Positions 8,324 to 16,983 of a DNA stretch of 44,110 nucleotides are shown here, piece by piece; the stretch's first letter is position 1; every line of letters starts with the position of its first letter. Source of the stretch: Chloroflexota bacterium (GTDB lineage: Bacteria > Chloroflexota > Limnocylindria > Limnocylindrales > CSP1-4); contig JAYUDR010000008.1 of assembly GCA_043739665.1 (NCBI GenBank), positions 1-44,110 on the forward strand. Direction: 5' to 3'. The notes beneath the pieces were generated by a model. That model searched no databases and was not told the origin of the DNA. It saw nothing but the letters and a program-made list of their open reading frames with translations. A program made the translations under genes and the position numbers.

Positions 8324-10096
8324 TCACCGTGCTGGGTAGCGCACCGCCAGGCGGGCATCCCGGTCCACGGCGGAAACTTCTGGTGGCGGCGCCGAGACCG
8401 TCAGGCCGGCGTGCCGTGCCAGTCGCTCGGCCACTCCCCGGCGCACCGCCCGGGGCAGCGGGTCTATGGGGTCGCGTTCCGCGGCCGTGTGGAGAGCGAC
8501 GAGCGCCCGGCCGCGGCGGTCCTGTTCGGTGACGAGGGCACGCAGCAGGGCCGTGGCCACGCCGCGTCGACGCCACTCCGGCGCCACTCCCAGGGCCACG
8601 AGCTGATCCACTCCGTCCACTCCGTCCACTCCGGCCGCGCCACCTGCCGACGCGGGCGCCGCCAGCGCGACGCCGACCAGCCACTCCCCGTTGACCGCGC
8701 CCGCGGCCACGGCGCCGTCACGTAGCGCGGCGCGGAGAATCTCGGCCGCCACGACCGGATCGAACGGAGCCATGATTCGCGGGGCCACGGACAATGAATC
8801 GAGGTCGGCGGGCGTGAGGAGACGGACGGTCGACTCGGCCCGACCTTCCACCTGGCGGGCCGGATGCGCTTCTGCAGCCGGCGCGGCGCGCGACGCCGTA
8901 TGCGGCACGCTGCCATCGAATCGCCGCCAACCTCGAAGCTCGGCAACCCGCAGTAGGGCCGGCGCCAGGGCGGTTCGAACAAGCAAAACCGTCGTCTCCG
9001 CTCGTTCGGCCGCCGCCGGGCTGATCGACCAATCCGACAGCACGTCCGTCGCGTCATCGAAGCCTTCGGGAAGTGGCGCGTCGTCCCAGCGAACGGCATC
9101 GCCTTCCCAACGTACCCGCCACTCGGCCGGCAGCCGCCTCGGAACCTCTCGATGGGCCATGGCCAACCACGTCAGCGCCCAAACTCGGGGCACGACCCGA
9201 TAGATTGAGTAGCCGCCGCCGCCCGTCGCAAACCACCGGCCGCCGGCGTATCGATGGGCTATTCGATCAACCAGTCGGGCCGCCTCACCCATCGCCGTCG
9301 TCGTCAACGAGAGGTGCGCCAGCGGATCCCAGACGTGGCCGTCGGCGCCGTGCTGGCTGACGATGACGTCCGGCCCGAATGCGGCGGCCAGCGCGGGCAC
9401 GATCGCCCGGACCGCCGCCAGCCACGCCTCGGGCCCGCACATCGGTTCTAGGGGCACGTTGACCGACGTGCCCGCGGCAATCCCCTCCCCCATTTCGCTC
9501 ACGGAACCCGTACCGGGGAAGAGCGAGCGCCCAGACTCGTGGAAGGAGATGGTCATGACGCCCGGGTCGTCGTAGTGGAGCGCCTGGACGCCGTCGCCGT
9601 GGTGGACGTCGAGGTCGACGTACAGGACGCGCAGCCCGTCGCGCCGCGCCCGGGCGATCGCCAGAGCAACGTCGTTGTATACGCAGAAGCCGCTCGCCCG
9701 CGACCGCATGGCGTGATGGAGACCGCCGCCGGGCTGGTAGGCGTGCTCAACGTCTCCGCGCAGAATCGCCTCCATGGCCCGGATCGAGCCGCCCGCCACT
9801 GTGGCCGCGGCCTCGTGCATGCCGGCGAATGCCGGATCGTCGCCGGGGCCGATGCCCGCCTCGGGAGGCCGGCGGGGATCGACCGAGAGGCGCCGCACCG
9901 CGGCAATGTAGTCGGCCGAGTGGAGCCATGCGAGTTCGTCATCCGCCGCCGGCTCAGGAGCCAGCCCGGGCTCTGCGCCGACCGCCCGCAACAACTCGAT
10001 GCCCGGTCCGAATCTCCGGGGGCTGAGGGGGTGCCGCGGCCCAAAGTCATAGGCCAGCGATCTCGGCCCAAATACCAAAAGAGGTCCGTCAGCCAT
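8324..10096 (-). CDS. Fusion protein: AcuC/histone-deacetylase-family deacetylase (N-terminal) plus GNAT acetyltransferase domain (C-terminal)
   Basis: HDAC motifs are GGLHHAMRSRASGFCVYNDVALAI, DLDVHHGDGVQ and SFHESG. The C-terminal GNAT motif A is QLVALGVAPEWRRRGVATALLRAL. The whole protein is one uninterrupted frame. The ATG at 10096 (MADGPLLVFGP...) follows an AT-rich GATTATTCA block. Confidence 0.8.
   Translation of the reverse strand: MADGPLLVFGPRSLAYDFGPRHPLSPRRFGPGIELLRAVGAEPGLAPEPAADDELAWLHSADYIAAVRRLSVDPRRPPEAGIGPGDDPAFAGMHEAAATVAGGSIRAMEAILRGDVEHAYQPGGGLHHAMRSRASGFCVYNDVALAIARARRDGLRVLYVDLDVHHGDGVQALHYDDPGVMTISFHESGRSLFPGTGSVSEMGEGIAAGTSVNVPLEPMCGPEAWLAAVRAIVPALAAAFGPDVIVSQHGADGHVWDPLAHLSLTTTAMGEAARLVDRIAHRYAGGRWFATGGGGYSIYRVVPRVWALTWLAMAHREVPRRLPAEWRVRWEGDAVRWDDAPLPEGFDDATDVLSDWSISPAAAERAETTVLLVRTALAPALLRVAELRGWRRFDGSVPHTASRAAPAAEAHPARQVEGRAESTVRLLTPADLDSLSVAPRIMAPFDPVVAAEILRAALRDGAVAAGAVNGEWLVGVALAAPASAGGAAGVDGVDGVDQLVALGVAPEWRRRGVATALLRALVTEQDRRGRALVALHTAAERDPIDPLPRAVRRGVAERLARHAGLTVSAPPPEVSAVDRDARLAVRYPAR
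8607..8633 (-). repeat. Perfect in-frame 9-bp x3 tandem repeat (tccactccg) encoding GVDGVDGVD
   Basis: Read directly. It lies just upstream (in protein sense) of GNAT motif A in the fusion ORF. Confidence 0.9.
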
Positions 10097-10173
10097 GGCT
10101 GAATAATCGCGCGGCCGGCCCCCTTTCGCCCAACCACAACTTGGACGCCCGGCAGCCGGCCCACGCGCGGGGT

Positions 10174-10179
10174 TACGCT
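10174..10179 (+). promoter_or_regulatory. Candidate -10 hexamer TACGCT for a leaderless GNAT transcript
   Basis: TACGCT, then 6 nt, then ATG(10186). No SD is visible. Confidence 0.35.
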
Positions 10180-10185
10180 GCCGGC

Positions 10186-10749
10186 ATGAGCACGCCCCTG
10201 ACAACGTTTCTGATCCGCCCCATTCGGCCCGAGGAGTACGGGCCGCTCGGCGAGCTGACGGTCGCGGCCTACTCGGACCCGGACCGGCCGAACCATCAGG
10301 ATGTCTACGACCGCCAGCTGCGTGACGTGGCCACCCGCGCGGAGGTCTCGTGCGTTCTCGTGGCCGTGGGGCTGGGGGGCGAGCTGCTCGGTGGCGTCAC
10401 TTACGTCCGTGGTCCAGACGACCCGTATTCGGAGGAGTTGGCGAAGGGCGAGGCGGGGATGCGGATGCTGGCCGTGGATCCGGCGTATCGGGGCCGTGGC
10501 ATCGGCCGGGCCCTGACGCAGGCTTGCCTGGACCGCGCCCGTGAAGCCGGCCGCGAGCGACTTGTCCTGCACACCGGAGCGTGGATGCCGGCGGCAATTC
10601 GGCTGTACGAGAGAATCGGCTTCGTGCGCGTGCCTGAGATCGACTTCACGCCGGTGCCAGGCATCGATCTGATCGGCTATACCTTCAACCTGACCCCGCT
10701 CGAGGGAGCGATCAGGCGAGCTCGGCGGCCAGATCCTGGGGCTCGGTGA
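10186..10749 (+). CDS. GNAT family N-acetyltransferase
   Basis: [18 protein letters not shown]... with motif [22 protein letters not shown]. The ATG at 10186 was chosen over the track's TTG at 10141. The 3' end overlaps the convergent gene by 38 nt. Confidence 0.85.
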   Translation: MSTPLTTFLIRPIRPEEYGPLGELTVAAYSDPDRPNHQDVYDRQLRDVATRAEVSCVLVAVGLGGELLGGVTYVRGPDDPYSEELAKGEAGMRMLAVDPAYRGRGIGRALTQACLDRAREAGRERLVLHTGAWMPAAIRLYERIGFVRVPEIDFTPVPGIDLIGYTFNLTPLEGAIRRARRPDPGAR

Positions 10750-12853
10750 CAGGCTGACGGCAAGCGAAATCACGGCACACGAAAGCGGTCGCCCGGCCAT
10801 CCAACGCGAAGCGGTTGTGCAGCAACTCGAGCGTGCTCGAGTGCGCCTCGCTCACGGCCACGACGCGATGCGGCTGGAAGCCTTGGCGCACGACTGACAG
10901 GAGAACCTGCGTGTCCGGTGCCTGAGGGTCGCCGACGATGACCACCTGCGCGACCTCGGCCGATGCGAAGTCCAACGCCCCGAGCCAGACGGCGAAGGAC
11001 CTCGGGTATCTAGCCGCCGGTCCCTCCACCTGGCCGATGGCCCGCTCGGCGGCAGTGCGCAAGGGCCCTTCGCCGGTCAACTCCGCCAACCGGAGCAGCA
11101 CCGCAGCCGCCGTCGCGCCGCCCGATGGAGTAGCGCCGTCCTGCGTGTCCTTGGGCCGTATTAGCAGCTCCTCAGCGTCGGCGGCCGTGTCGAACCAGCC
11201 GCCGCCCGAATCAGTGAACTGCCGCTCCACGACGCCGATTAACTCGCGCGCCGCGGCCAGCCAGCGCTCGTCGAACGTGGCTTCGTACAGCGCCACGAGC
11301 CCGTCGGCCAGGCAGGCGTAGTCATCGAGACCACCGCTCCCGGTGGTGCGGCCCAACCGGAATGACCGAGCCAGCCGGCCATCCGGACCGCGCAAGAGGC
11401 GGAGCGCCGCTTCGGCGACGCGCTCGGCAGTCTCCCGGTCGTCAGGCCGCTCCAGCACCGGGATTGCCTCAGCAAACGCGGCCAGGGCGAGGCCGTTCCA
11501 GGCGGCCACCGCCTTATCGTCCAGAGCCGGCTGAGGCCGACCCGCGCGGCCTACCAGCAGCAGGTGCCGCGCGGCGTCGAGCTGGGTTGCGACAACCATT
11601 GGCGAGAGCCCGTACTTCGCCCCGACCTGCTCGTCGCTCATCACCTGGGAGAGGATGGTCCGGCCCTCCCAGTTGCCTGGCTCGGTGACGCCGTAAGCCG
11701 ACGCGAATGGAGCGAAGAGACCGGCGTGGCCTGCTTGCGCCTCCGGGCCCGGATCGGCCGCCGTTCCACCCAACACGGCCGCCACCTCGGGCTGAGTCCA
11801 GACGTAGGTGGCGCCTTCGACGCCGTCCGTGTCGGCGTCCTGGCTGGCGGCGAACAGGCCGTCCGGCGTCCGCAGTTCGCGGGCCATGTAGTCGAGCGTC
11901 GTCTCTGCCACTTCCCGAAAGCGCCGCTCGCCCGTGAGCTGGTAGGCGTGAAGGTAGACCCGCGCCAGCTGGGCATTGTCGTAGAGCATCTTCTCGAAGT
12001 GCGGCACCAGCCAATCCGTGTCGGTGGCGTAGCGGTGAAAACCGCCGCCGATGTGGTCGTGGATGCCGCCCTCGGCCATGGCGTCAAGGGCGCGCAAAGC
12101 GACCCGAACCGGTGCCTCGGCGTCTCGCAGCGCCAGCCCGTCCGCACCGCGCTGAGCCTGCCGCAGCAGCATCTCAATGACCGCCGGCTGCGGGAACCGG
12201 GGAGGCCCGCCCCAGCCACCATGCTCGAAGTCAAAGTCGTCCACCAGTTTCGACACGGCGGTCGCCAGGATGCCGCTCTCTCGCTCGTAAGACCTGCCGA
12301 CCAAGGGCAGGGCAGCCGAGCCACCGCCTTCGGTGAGCGCAGTCGAAGCCCGCTTGAGCTCGTCCGCCAGCTGGGTCGCTTTGGTCTCAAGCTCGTCGCG
12401 GCGATCCCGCCAGGATGTTGCCACCGCGACCAGGACCTGCCGGAACGAAGGCATACCATATCTGGGTTGCCCCGGAAAGTACGTGCCGCCATAGAAAGGC
12501 CGACCGTCGGGCGTCAGAAAGATGCTCATCGGCCAGCCGCCAGCGCCGGTCATGGCCTGGAGGGCCCCCATGTAGACCGCGTCGATGTCAGGCCGCTCCT
12601 CGCGGTCGACCTTGATCGAGACGAAGCTCGCGTTGAGGAGGGCTGCCGTCGCCTCGTCCTCGAATGACTCCCGCTCCATGACGTGGCACCAATGGCAGGC
12701 CGAGTAGCCAACGGAGAGAAAGATCGGCCGATCCTCTGCCGCGGCCCGCGCCTGCGCCTCCGCACCCCAGGCATACCAATCGACTGGGTTGTGAGCGTGC
12801 TGGAGGAGGTAGGGGCTGGTCTCGCCGGCGAGGCGGTTCGTCGTGGCTGTCAT
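10712..12853 (-). CDS. Thioredoxin-domain protein, DUF255/YyaL family
   Basis: [21 protein letters not shown]...[23 protein letters not shown] is the characteristic N-terminus of this family, and a long alpha/alpha-toroid-like C-terminal part follows. The ATG at 12853 ([11 protein letters not shown]) was chosen; the 100 codons upstream are Arg/Gly-rich. Confidence 0.88.
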   Translation of the reverse strand: MTATTNRLAGETSPYLLQHAHNPVDWYAWGAEAQARAAAEDRPIFLSVGYSACHWCHVMERESFEDEATAALLNASFVSIKVDREERPDIDAVYMGALQAMTGAGGWPMSIFLTPDGRPFYGGTYFPGQPRYGMPSFRQVLVAVATSWRDRRDELETKATQLADELKRASTALTEGGGSAALPLVGRSYERESGILATAVSKLVDDFDFEHGGWGGPPRFPQPAVIEMLLRQAQRGADGLALRDAEAPVRVALRALDAMAEGGIHDHIGGGFHRYATDTDWLVPHFEKMLYDNAQLARVYLHAYQLTGERRFREVAETTLDYMARELRTPDGLFAASQDADTDGVEGATYVWTQPEVAAVLGGTAADPGPEAQAGHAGLFAPFASAYGVTEPGNWEGRTILSQVMSDEQVGAKYGLSPMVVATQLDAARHLLLVGRAGRPQPALDDKAVAAWNGLALAAFAEAIPVLERPDDRETAERVAEAALRLLRGPDGRLARSFRLGRTTGSGGLDDYACLADGLVALYEATFDERWLAAARELIGVVERQFTDSGGGWFDTAADAEELLIRPKDTQDGATPSGGATAAAVLLRLAELTGEGPLRTAAERAIGQVEGPAARYPRSFAVWLGALDFASAEVAQVVIVGDPQAPDTQVLLSVVRQGFQPHRVVAVSEAHSSTLELLHNRFALDGRATAFVCRDFACRQPVTEPQDLAAELA

Positions 12854-12860
12854 CGGCCCG

Positions 12861-12866
12861 ATCGTA
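12861..12866 (-). promoter_or_regulatory. Candidate -10 hexamer TACGAT for a leaderless yyaL-like transcript
   Basis: On the minus strand: TACGAT, then 7 nt, then ATG(12853). No SD is visible. Confidence 0.35.
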
Positions 12867-12981
12867 TCCGGGAGTGCAGACCGCACGCCCGAGTTCAGCC
12901 GCCTGGCGCACTGGTCGAGCCGACGGCCCCGCCGTTGGCCGCGGGCGCGCCATGCCGGGCCGTCAGCGCTGCTGGACCCGC

Positions 12982-14307
12982 CTAGTCGACAGAGGGCAGG
13001 CTCGCAGTCTGCGGGATGGGAGCAGGCCCCGGCTTGCGCGATCCGCCGCCACCGTCGACCCGAATATGGCCCCGCCACACGGCTACACCCGCCACCGCCT
13101 GCGCGCCGATTGCAATTGCGCCGTTCATGACCAGCGCCGCCGGCGTGCCCCACAGGCCGCCGACGCCGCCGGTCAGTCCGTTCCCGATCGGCGACGAGCC
13201 CGCGAAGACGGTCGTGTAGACGCTCATGACGCGGCCCCTGAGCGCCCCCGGCACGGTGATCTGGATCAGGGAATTGGCACTGGCCGCAGTCGCGATCGCG
13301 CCCACGCCGGAGAAGAAGACCGCCGCCAACGCCACCGGGAACGAAGTCGTGCTCGCCAGTACCAGCTCAGACACCCCGAGCACCATCCCGCCGCCGATCA
13401 GAATCCGGAGCCGCGGGCGCTGCAGCGTCGCAACAGCCAGGGCGGCGATCAGCGCCCCGGCCCCCATCGAGGAGAACAGCAGCCCGTTCCCGTTGGACCC
13501 AACGTTCAGCACTCGGGCGGCCATCACGGGCAGGACCACGTTGAAGTTCATTCCGAAGGTGGAGACGAACCCGATCACGGTGATTGCCAGCAACACGACC
13601 GGCGTGTGCCAGACGTATCTCAGGCCTTCGCCGAGGTTCTCGCGGATCGCCGTCACGGTCTTGGGCACGGCCAGTCGCGCAGACGGCATGAGCTCGCCCT
13701 CACGCATAGCCAGCAGGCTGATCACCACCGCCCCGTAGCTGAGACCATTGAGGAGAAAGCACGTCGCCGTGCCGAGGATTCCGATCAGGATCCCGGCGAT
13801 GGCCGGGCCCACGATTCGCGCGCCATTGAAGACGGCCGAATTTAGGGCGACCGCGTTGGCGATGTCGTCCCTGCCGACCATCTCGACGACGAACGACTGA
13901 CGCGCGGGCATGTCGACCGCGTTGACGATACCCAGCAGGAACGCAAGCACGAATATGTGCCACACGGCCACGACGTGGAAGTAATCGAGCCCGCCCAAGG
14001 TCAGGGCCAGCAATCCCGCCGCGATTTGGGTTGCCATCACCGTCCTTCGTTTCGGCCAGATATCCGCGATTATCCCGCCGAAGAGACCCAGGATCAGCAC
14101 CGGAACAAACTGCGCCACGCCCAGCAGACCGATGTACACAATCGCCTGGTCCCACCCGACGAGAGTGCCGAGGAGCCAGGCCTGGGCCAGCGCCTGCATC
14201 CACGTTCCGCTCACGGAGATCAACTGTCCGAAGAAGAAGAGACGGAAGTTGCGATGCTTCAGGGCGCGGCCGGTGGCCGTGAACCGGAGGCGACCCTCCT
14301 GGATCAT
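12982..14307 (-). CDS. MFS transporter (MFS_3 / EntS-like type)
   Basis: [31 protein letters not shown] is the typical N-terminus of this MFS subgroup, and the rest is multi-TM. The start overlaps the merR stop by 4 nt. Confidence 0.85.
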   Translation of the reverse strand: MIQEGRLRFTATGRALKHRNFRLFFFGQLISVSGTWMQALAQAWLLGTLVGWDQAIVYIGLLGVAQFVPVLILGLFGGIIADIWPKRRTVMATQIAAGLLALTLGGLDYFHVVAVWHIFVLAFLLGIVNAVDMPARQSFVVEMVGRDDIANAVALNSAVFNGARIVGPAIAGILIGILGTATCFLLNGLSYGAVVISLLAMREGELMPSARLAVPKTVTAIRENLGEGLRYVWHTPVVLLAITVIGFVSTFGMNFNVVLPVMAARVLNVGSNGNGLLFSSMGAGALIAALAVATLQRPRLRILIGGGMVLGVSELVLASTTSFPVALAAVFFSGVGAIATAASANSLIQITVPGALRGRVMSVYTTVFAGSSPIGNGLTGGVGGLWGTPAALVMNGAIAIGAQAVAGVAVWRGHIRVDGGGGSRKPGPAPIPQTASLPSVD

Positions 14308-14822
14308 CGGGCCTTCTCCAGGTTGGGCGACGACGTGGCCGACTCGGTCGAGCCGGCCGCCAACTCGCCCACCAGGGCCTCCAGGCGGGCGGCCGTTCGG
14401 GCGCGTCGGCCTTCGGTCTCATCGACCATCGCCTGCAAGCGGGCGACCTTGGCCCGGAGCATCTGGGCCTGGTGTTCGTAGCGCACCAGGCGATTGAGCA
14501 GGAGTCGGCGGCGCTCGTCGGGGTCGGAAGTCGAGTGGAACGCGACGTGCTCGCGTTCACGAGCGGCCTCGTCCTCGAGCAGCTCGGCGATCTCCGCCAG
14601 TGAGAAGCCGGCGTCATCACGCAAGCCCTTGATAAAACGCAGCCGTTCGACGTCGGTCGCGTCGTAGAGGCGGTAGTCGCCCTCGGATCGGGCAGCCGGC
14701 TTGAGAAGCCCCAGCTCCTCGTAGTAGCGCACCGATCTGGGCGTCAGGCCAACCTCGGCGGCCGCCTCCTGAATGCGCAGCAGCCGGGCGTTCGGTGCCG
14801 GCCGTTCCTTCGTCTCAGTCAT
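14304..14822 (-). CDS. MerR family transcriptional regulator
   Basis: LLRIQEAAAEVGLTPRSVRYYEELGLL is a MerR-type HTH, followed by a C-terminal coiled coil. It is translationally coupled to the downstream MFS gene. Confidence 0.88.
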   Translation of the reverse strand: MTETKERPAPNARLLRIQEAAAEVGLTPRSVRYYEELGLLKPAARSEGDYRLYDATDVERLRFIKGLRDDAGFSLAEIAELLEDEAAREREHVAFHSTSDPDERRRLLLNRLVRYEHQAQMLRAKVARLQAMVDETEGRRARTAARLEALVGELAAGSTESATSSPNLEKAR

Positions 14823-14828
14823 AGTTGC

Positions 14829-14859
14829 ATCTTAACGCAACATTACCGTTTACGTGAAA
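14829..14859 (-). promoter_or_regulatory. Candidate MerR-type promoter: TTTCAC, 19 nt, TAAGAT, 6 nt, ATG (leaderless)
   Basis: The minus strand reads CTTTCAC GTAAACGGTAATGTTGCGT TAAGAT GCAACT ATG. A dyad GTTGC-N8-GCAAC (14824-14841) overlaps the -10 and the start. The overlong 19-nt spacer is the known hallmark of MerR-controlled promoters. Confidence 0.4.
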
Positions 14860-14868
14860 GTTGAGGTC

Positions 14869-16158
14869 TCAGGCGAGTCGGCGATCCTCGTCGGTCGGCC
14901 ATGGTTCCGCGACGGACCCCAGCGGGTGCAGGGGGCGATTGCCGAGTCGATCGGCTGCCTCGTCGCCCGCGCGGCGCGCCATCCCCTTGACGAACCAGGC
15001 CGTCACGCCGATCCCGAGCGCAAGCTGCGGACCGGGCCACTGGCCGATGGACATCATCCCGGCAACCAACCACAGCCACTCGGCGCGCAGACGCAGGAAC
15101 GACGGAATCCCGAACACGAACCCGTGGCCCCACAGCGACGGCGAAGCCACCACCGACGCCAGCCCGAGGCGCGCCAGCCCCTCCCGGCCACGCACCAACA
15201 GCGCAGCCCCGATTGTGAGTGCCGCAACCGCAATGAATGCCCACATCGGCATGTAGCGCCCCAGCCCGACGCCGTATAGCCCGTGCAAATAACCCTGTGA
15301 CTCCTGGTAGGCCGTCAGCCCGAGGAGCCATTGCCGCCACAGGTCGATGCCCGTCAAGGGCACCGTCGCCAGAACGAGCAGCAGCAGACCCAGGAGACCG
15401 CCGCCGAGACGACGCCAGGCACGCTCCCGAATCAGCCACAGGGAGACGATGCCGTTCTGCGGCTTGAGCAGGGGGCCGAACACCAACGCCCCGCCGTAGC
15501 GCATCGCCGCGCCCATTACCAGCAGCGACGGGATCACGACGTTGCCTGTGAACAAACCCTGCTCGATCGGCGTCCAGATGAGTGCGAGCAGCGTCCAGCG
15601 CCAGGCTAGGCCGAAGGCACGCAGCGAGAAGACGACCGCGGCGACTGAGCCGACGACCCAAAGCCCGTCGGCCAGACTACGCGGCAACTCCGACAGCAAG
15701 CCGAAGAAGGGCAACGTCGGCGGGGCGTACAGGAATGGCAGGTATTCGAGCCCAGCCTTCGGATAGCCGTGGATCGCGGTCGTCATGTAGACGGCGCCGT
15801 GATTCATGAACGCAGCGCCCGCGTTGAGGTAAAGGTGCAGGTCGCGGAGTCCGCCCCCCTGCGAACTCTGGAAGTCCGCGAACAGCGCTGTGGCGAGAAC
15901 CTCCAGGGCCATAACCTCGGTGGGGCTAAGGCGACGACGAACCACAATCACCAGCAGCACGGCCGGGAGGAAGATGGCAGCCCACGTCACGTCGTCGTGG
16001 TAGCCGGGCGCAGTCTGAGAAAACTGCCACAGAGCAAAGGCGCCCAGAACCACCGGCCCCCACCATGTCCTCGCAAGGCGGCCCAAAGAAGAATGCAGCC
16101 GCCACAGAGGCACGGCTCGCCGGTTCCCTCGCTCCTCGACTGCCCGCATAGGCGCCAT
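14869..16158 (-). CDS. Polytopic membrane protein, GT87/DUF2029-like glycosyltransferase (GT-C fold)
   Basis: DLHLYLNAGAAFMNHGAVY...LEYLPFLYAPPTLPFF carries the same signature as the 4766..5818 protein, with many TM segments. The start was set at ATG 16158 (MAPMRAVEERG); no clear SD or -10 is visible, so the start is uncertain. The 96 codons upstream are Arg-rich. Confidence 0.65.
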   Translation of the reverse strand: MAPMRAVEERGNRRAVPLWRLHSSLGRLARTWWGPVVLGAFALWQFSQTAPGYHDDVTWAAIFLPAVLLVIVVRRRLSPTEVMALEVLATALFADFQSSQGGGLRDLHLYLNAGAAFMNHGAVYMTTAIHGYPKAGLEYLPFLYAPPTLPFFGLLSELPRSLADGLWVVGSVAAVVFSLRAFGLAWRWTLLALIWTPIEQGLFTGNVVIPSLLVMGAAMRYGGALVFGPLLKPQNGIVSLWLIRERAWRRLGGGLLGLLLLVLATVPLTGIDLWRQWLLGLTAYQESQGYLHGLYGVGLGRYMPMWAFIAVAALTIGAALLVRGREGLARLGLASVVASPSLWGHGFVFGIPSFLRLRAEWLWLVAGMMSIGQWPGPQLALGIGVTAWFVKGMARRAGDEAADRLGNRPLHPLGSVAEPWPTDEDRRLA

Positions 16159-16169
16159 GGTGCCACGGG

Positions 16170-16199
16170 CGGCGCATCGACGCGCGGCGCATCGACGCG
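16170..16199. repeat. Perfect 15-bp tandem duplication (cggcgcatcgacgcg x2) in a divergent promoter region
   Basis: Read directly: 16170-16184 is identical to 16185-16199. It lies between the GT87-like gene (minus) and alkA (plus). Confidence 0.9.
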
Positions 16200-16262
16200 A
16201 AGTGGTCAACTTTCCTCCATACGCTCGTCGTCCACGCGAGTTTCGAGCTATCGTCGCAAACG

Positions 16263-16925
16263 ATGAGCATTGGCCCGCCGACTCTGACCCAGGAAACGCT
16301 CGCAGTGGCCGTTCGCGAACTCGCCGCCAGGGATCCGGACCTGCGCGGCATCGTCGAACGGTTCGGGGCGCCGCCCCTGTGGGATCGATCGCCCGGGTTC
16401 CCGACGCTCGTTCACATCGTGCTCGAACAGCAGGTGTCGCTGGCATCGGCGCAAGCCGCGTTCGATCGGCTCCGAGCCGCCGTGGACGTGCTGACGCCCG
16501 ATCGATTCCTCGACCTCAGCGACGAACAGCTGCTCGCCATAGGGTTCAGCCGCCAGAAGACGGGCTACGTTCGCAATGTGGCGCGGGCGGTCGAGTCAGG
16601 GTCGCTCGACCTCGAGGGCCTGGCGAGACTCGCCGACGAGGACGCACATCGCGCGCTCGTCGCCTTGACGGGCGTCGGACCGTGGACGGCTTCCATCTAC
16701 CTGATCATGGCCCTGCGGCGGCCGGACGTCTGGCCGACAAACGACCTGGCGCTCGTGGCGTCCGTCGCCGCGATCAAGGGTCTGGAGCGCCGGCCGGACG
16801 TGGCCCAGATGGAGGCGCTTGCCGCGCCCTGGCGGCCGTGGCGATCAGTCGCGGCCCGCCTCTTCTGGCACGACTACCTCAGTCGCCGGGCGAAATCGGC
16901 GCCTGGTCCGGAACCCTCACCGTAG
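16263..16925 (+). CDS. alkA: DNA-3-methyladenine glycosylase II / HhH-GPD base-excision repair protein
   Basis: 220 aa with an HhH-GPD-like LTGVGPWTASIYLIMAL and WPTNDLAL containing the expected Asp. TATCGT lies 8 nt upstream of the ATG. Confidence 0.8.
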   Translation: MSIGPPTLTQETLAVAVRELAARDPDLRGIVERFGAPPLWDRSPGFPTLVHIVLEQQVSLASAQAAFDRLRAAVDVLTPDRFLDLSDEQLLAIGFSRQKTGYVRNVARAVESGSLDLEGLARLADEDAHRALVALTGVGPWTASIYLIMALRRPDVWPTNDLALVASVAAIKGLERRPDVAQMEALAAPWRPWRSVAARLFWHDYLSRRAKSAPGPEPSP

Positions 16926-16983
16926 GCCGTGGCCATTCCGGCCGTGCCATACAGCTGTCACATGCCGGCGATACTGTGGGGAC

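Noticed and set aside
9553-10800. 415-aa minus-strand ORF spanning the HDAC 5' part and the GNAT gene
   Set aside because: It is off-frame with respect to the motif-bearing deacetylase frame and antisense to the GNAT gene. It is Arg/Pro-rich and has no recognisable domain.
11564-12667. 367-aa plus-strand ORF, plus several 100-280-aa ORFs inside 10712..12853
   Set aside because: All are antisense or off-frame relative to the DUF255/YyaL frame, which carries the diagnostic CHWCHVME thioredoxin-like motif.
12874-14620. ORFs 12874..13845 (+, 323 aa) and 13700..14620 (-, 306 aa)
   Set aside because: They are antisense or off-frame relative to the hydrophobic MFS frame and the MerR HTH frame. Their composition (Arg/Pro/Gly/Asp) is not protein-like.
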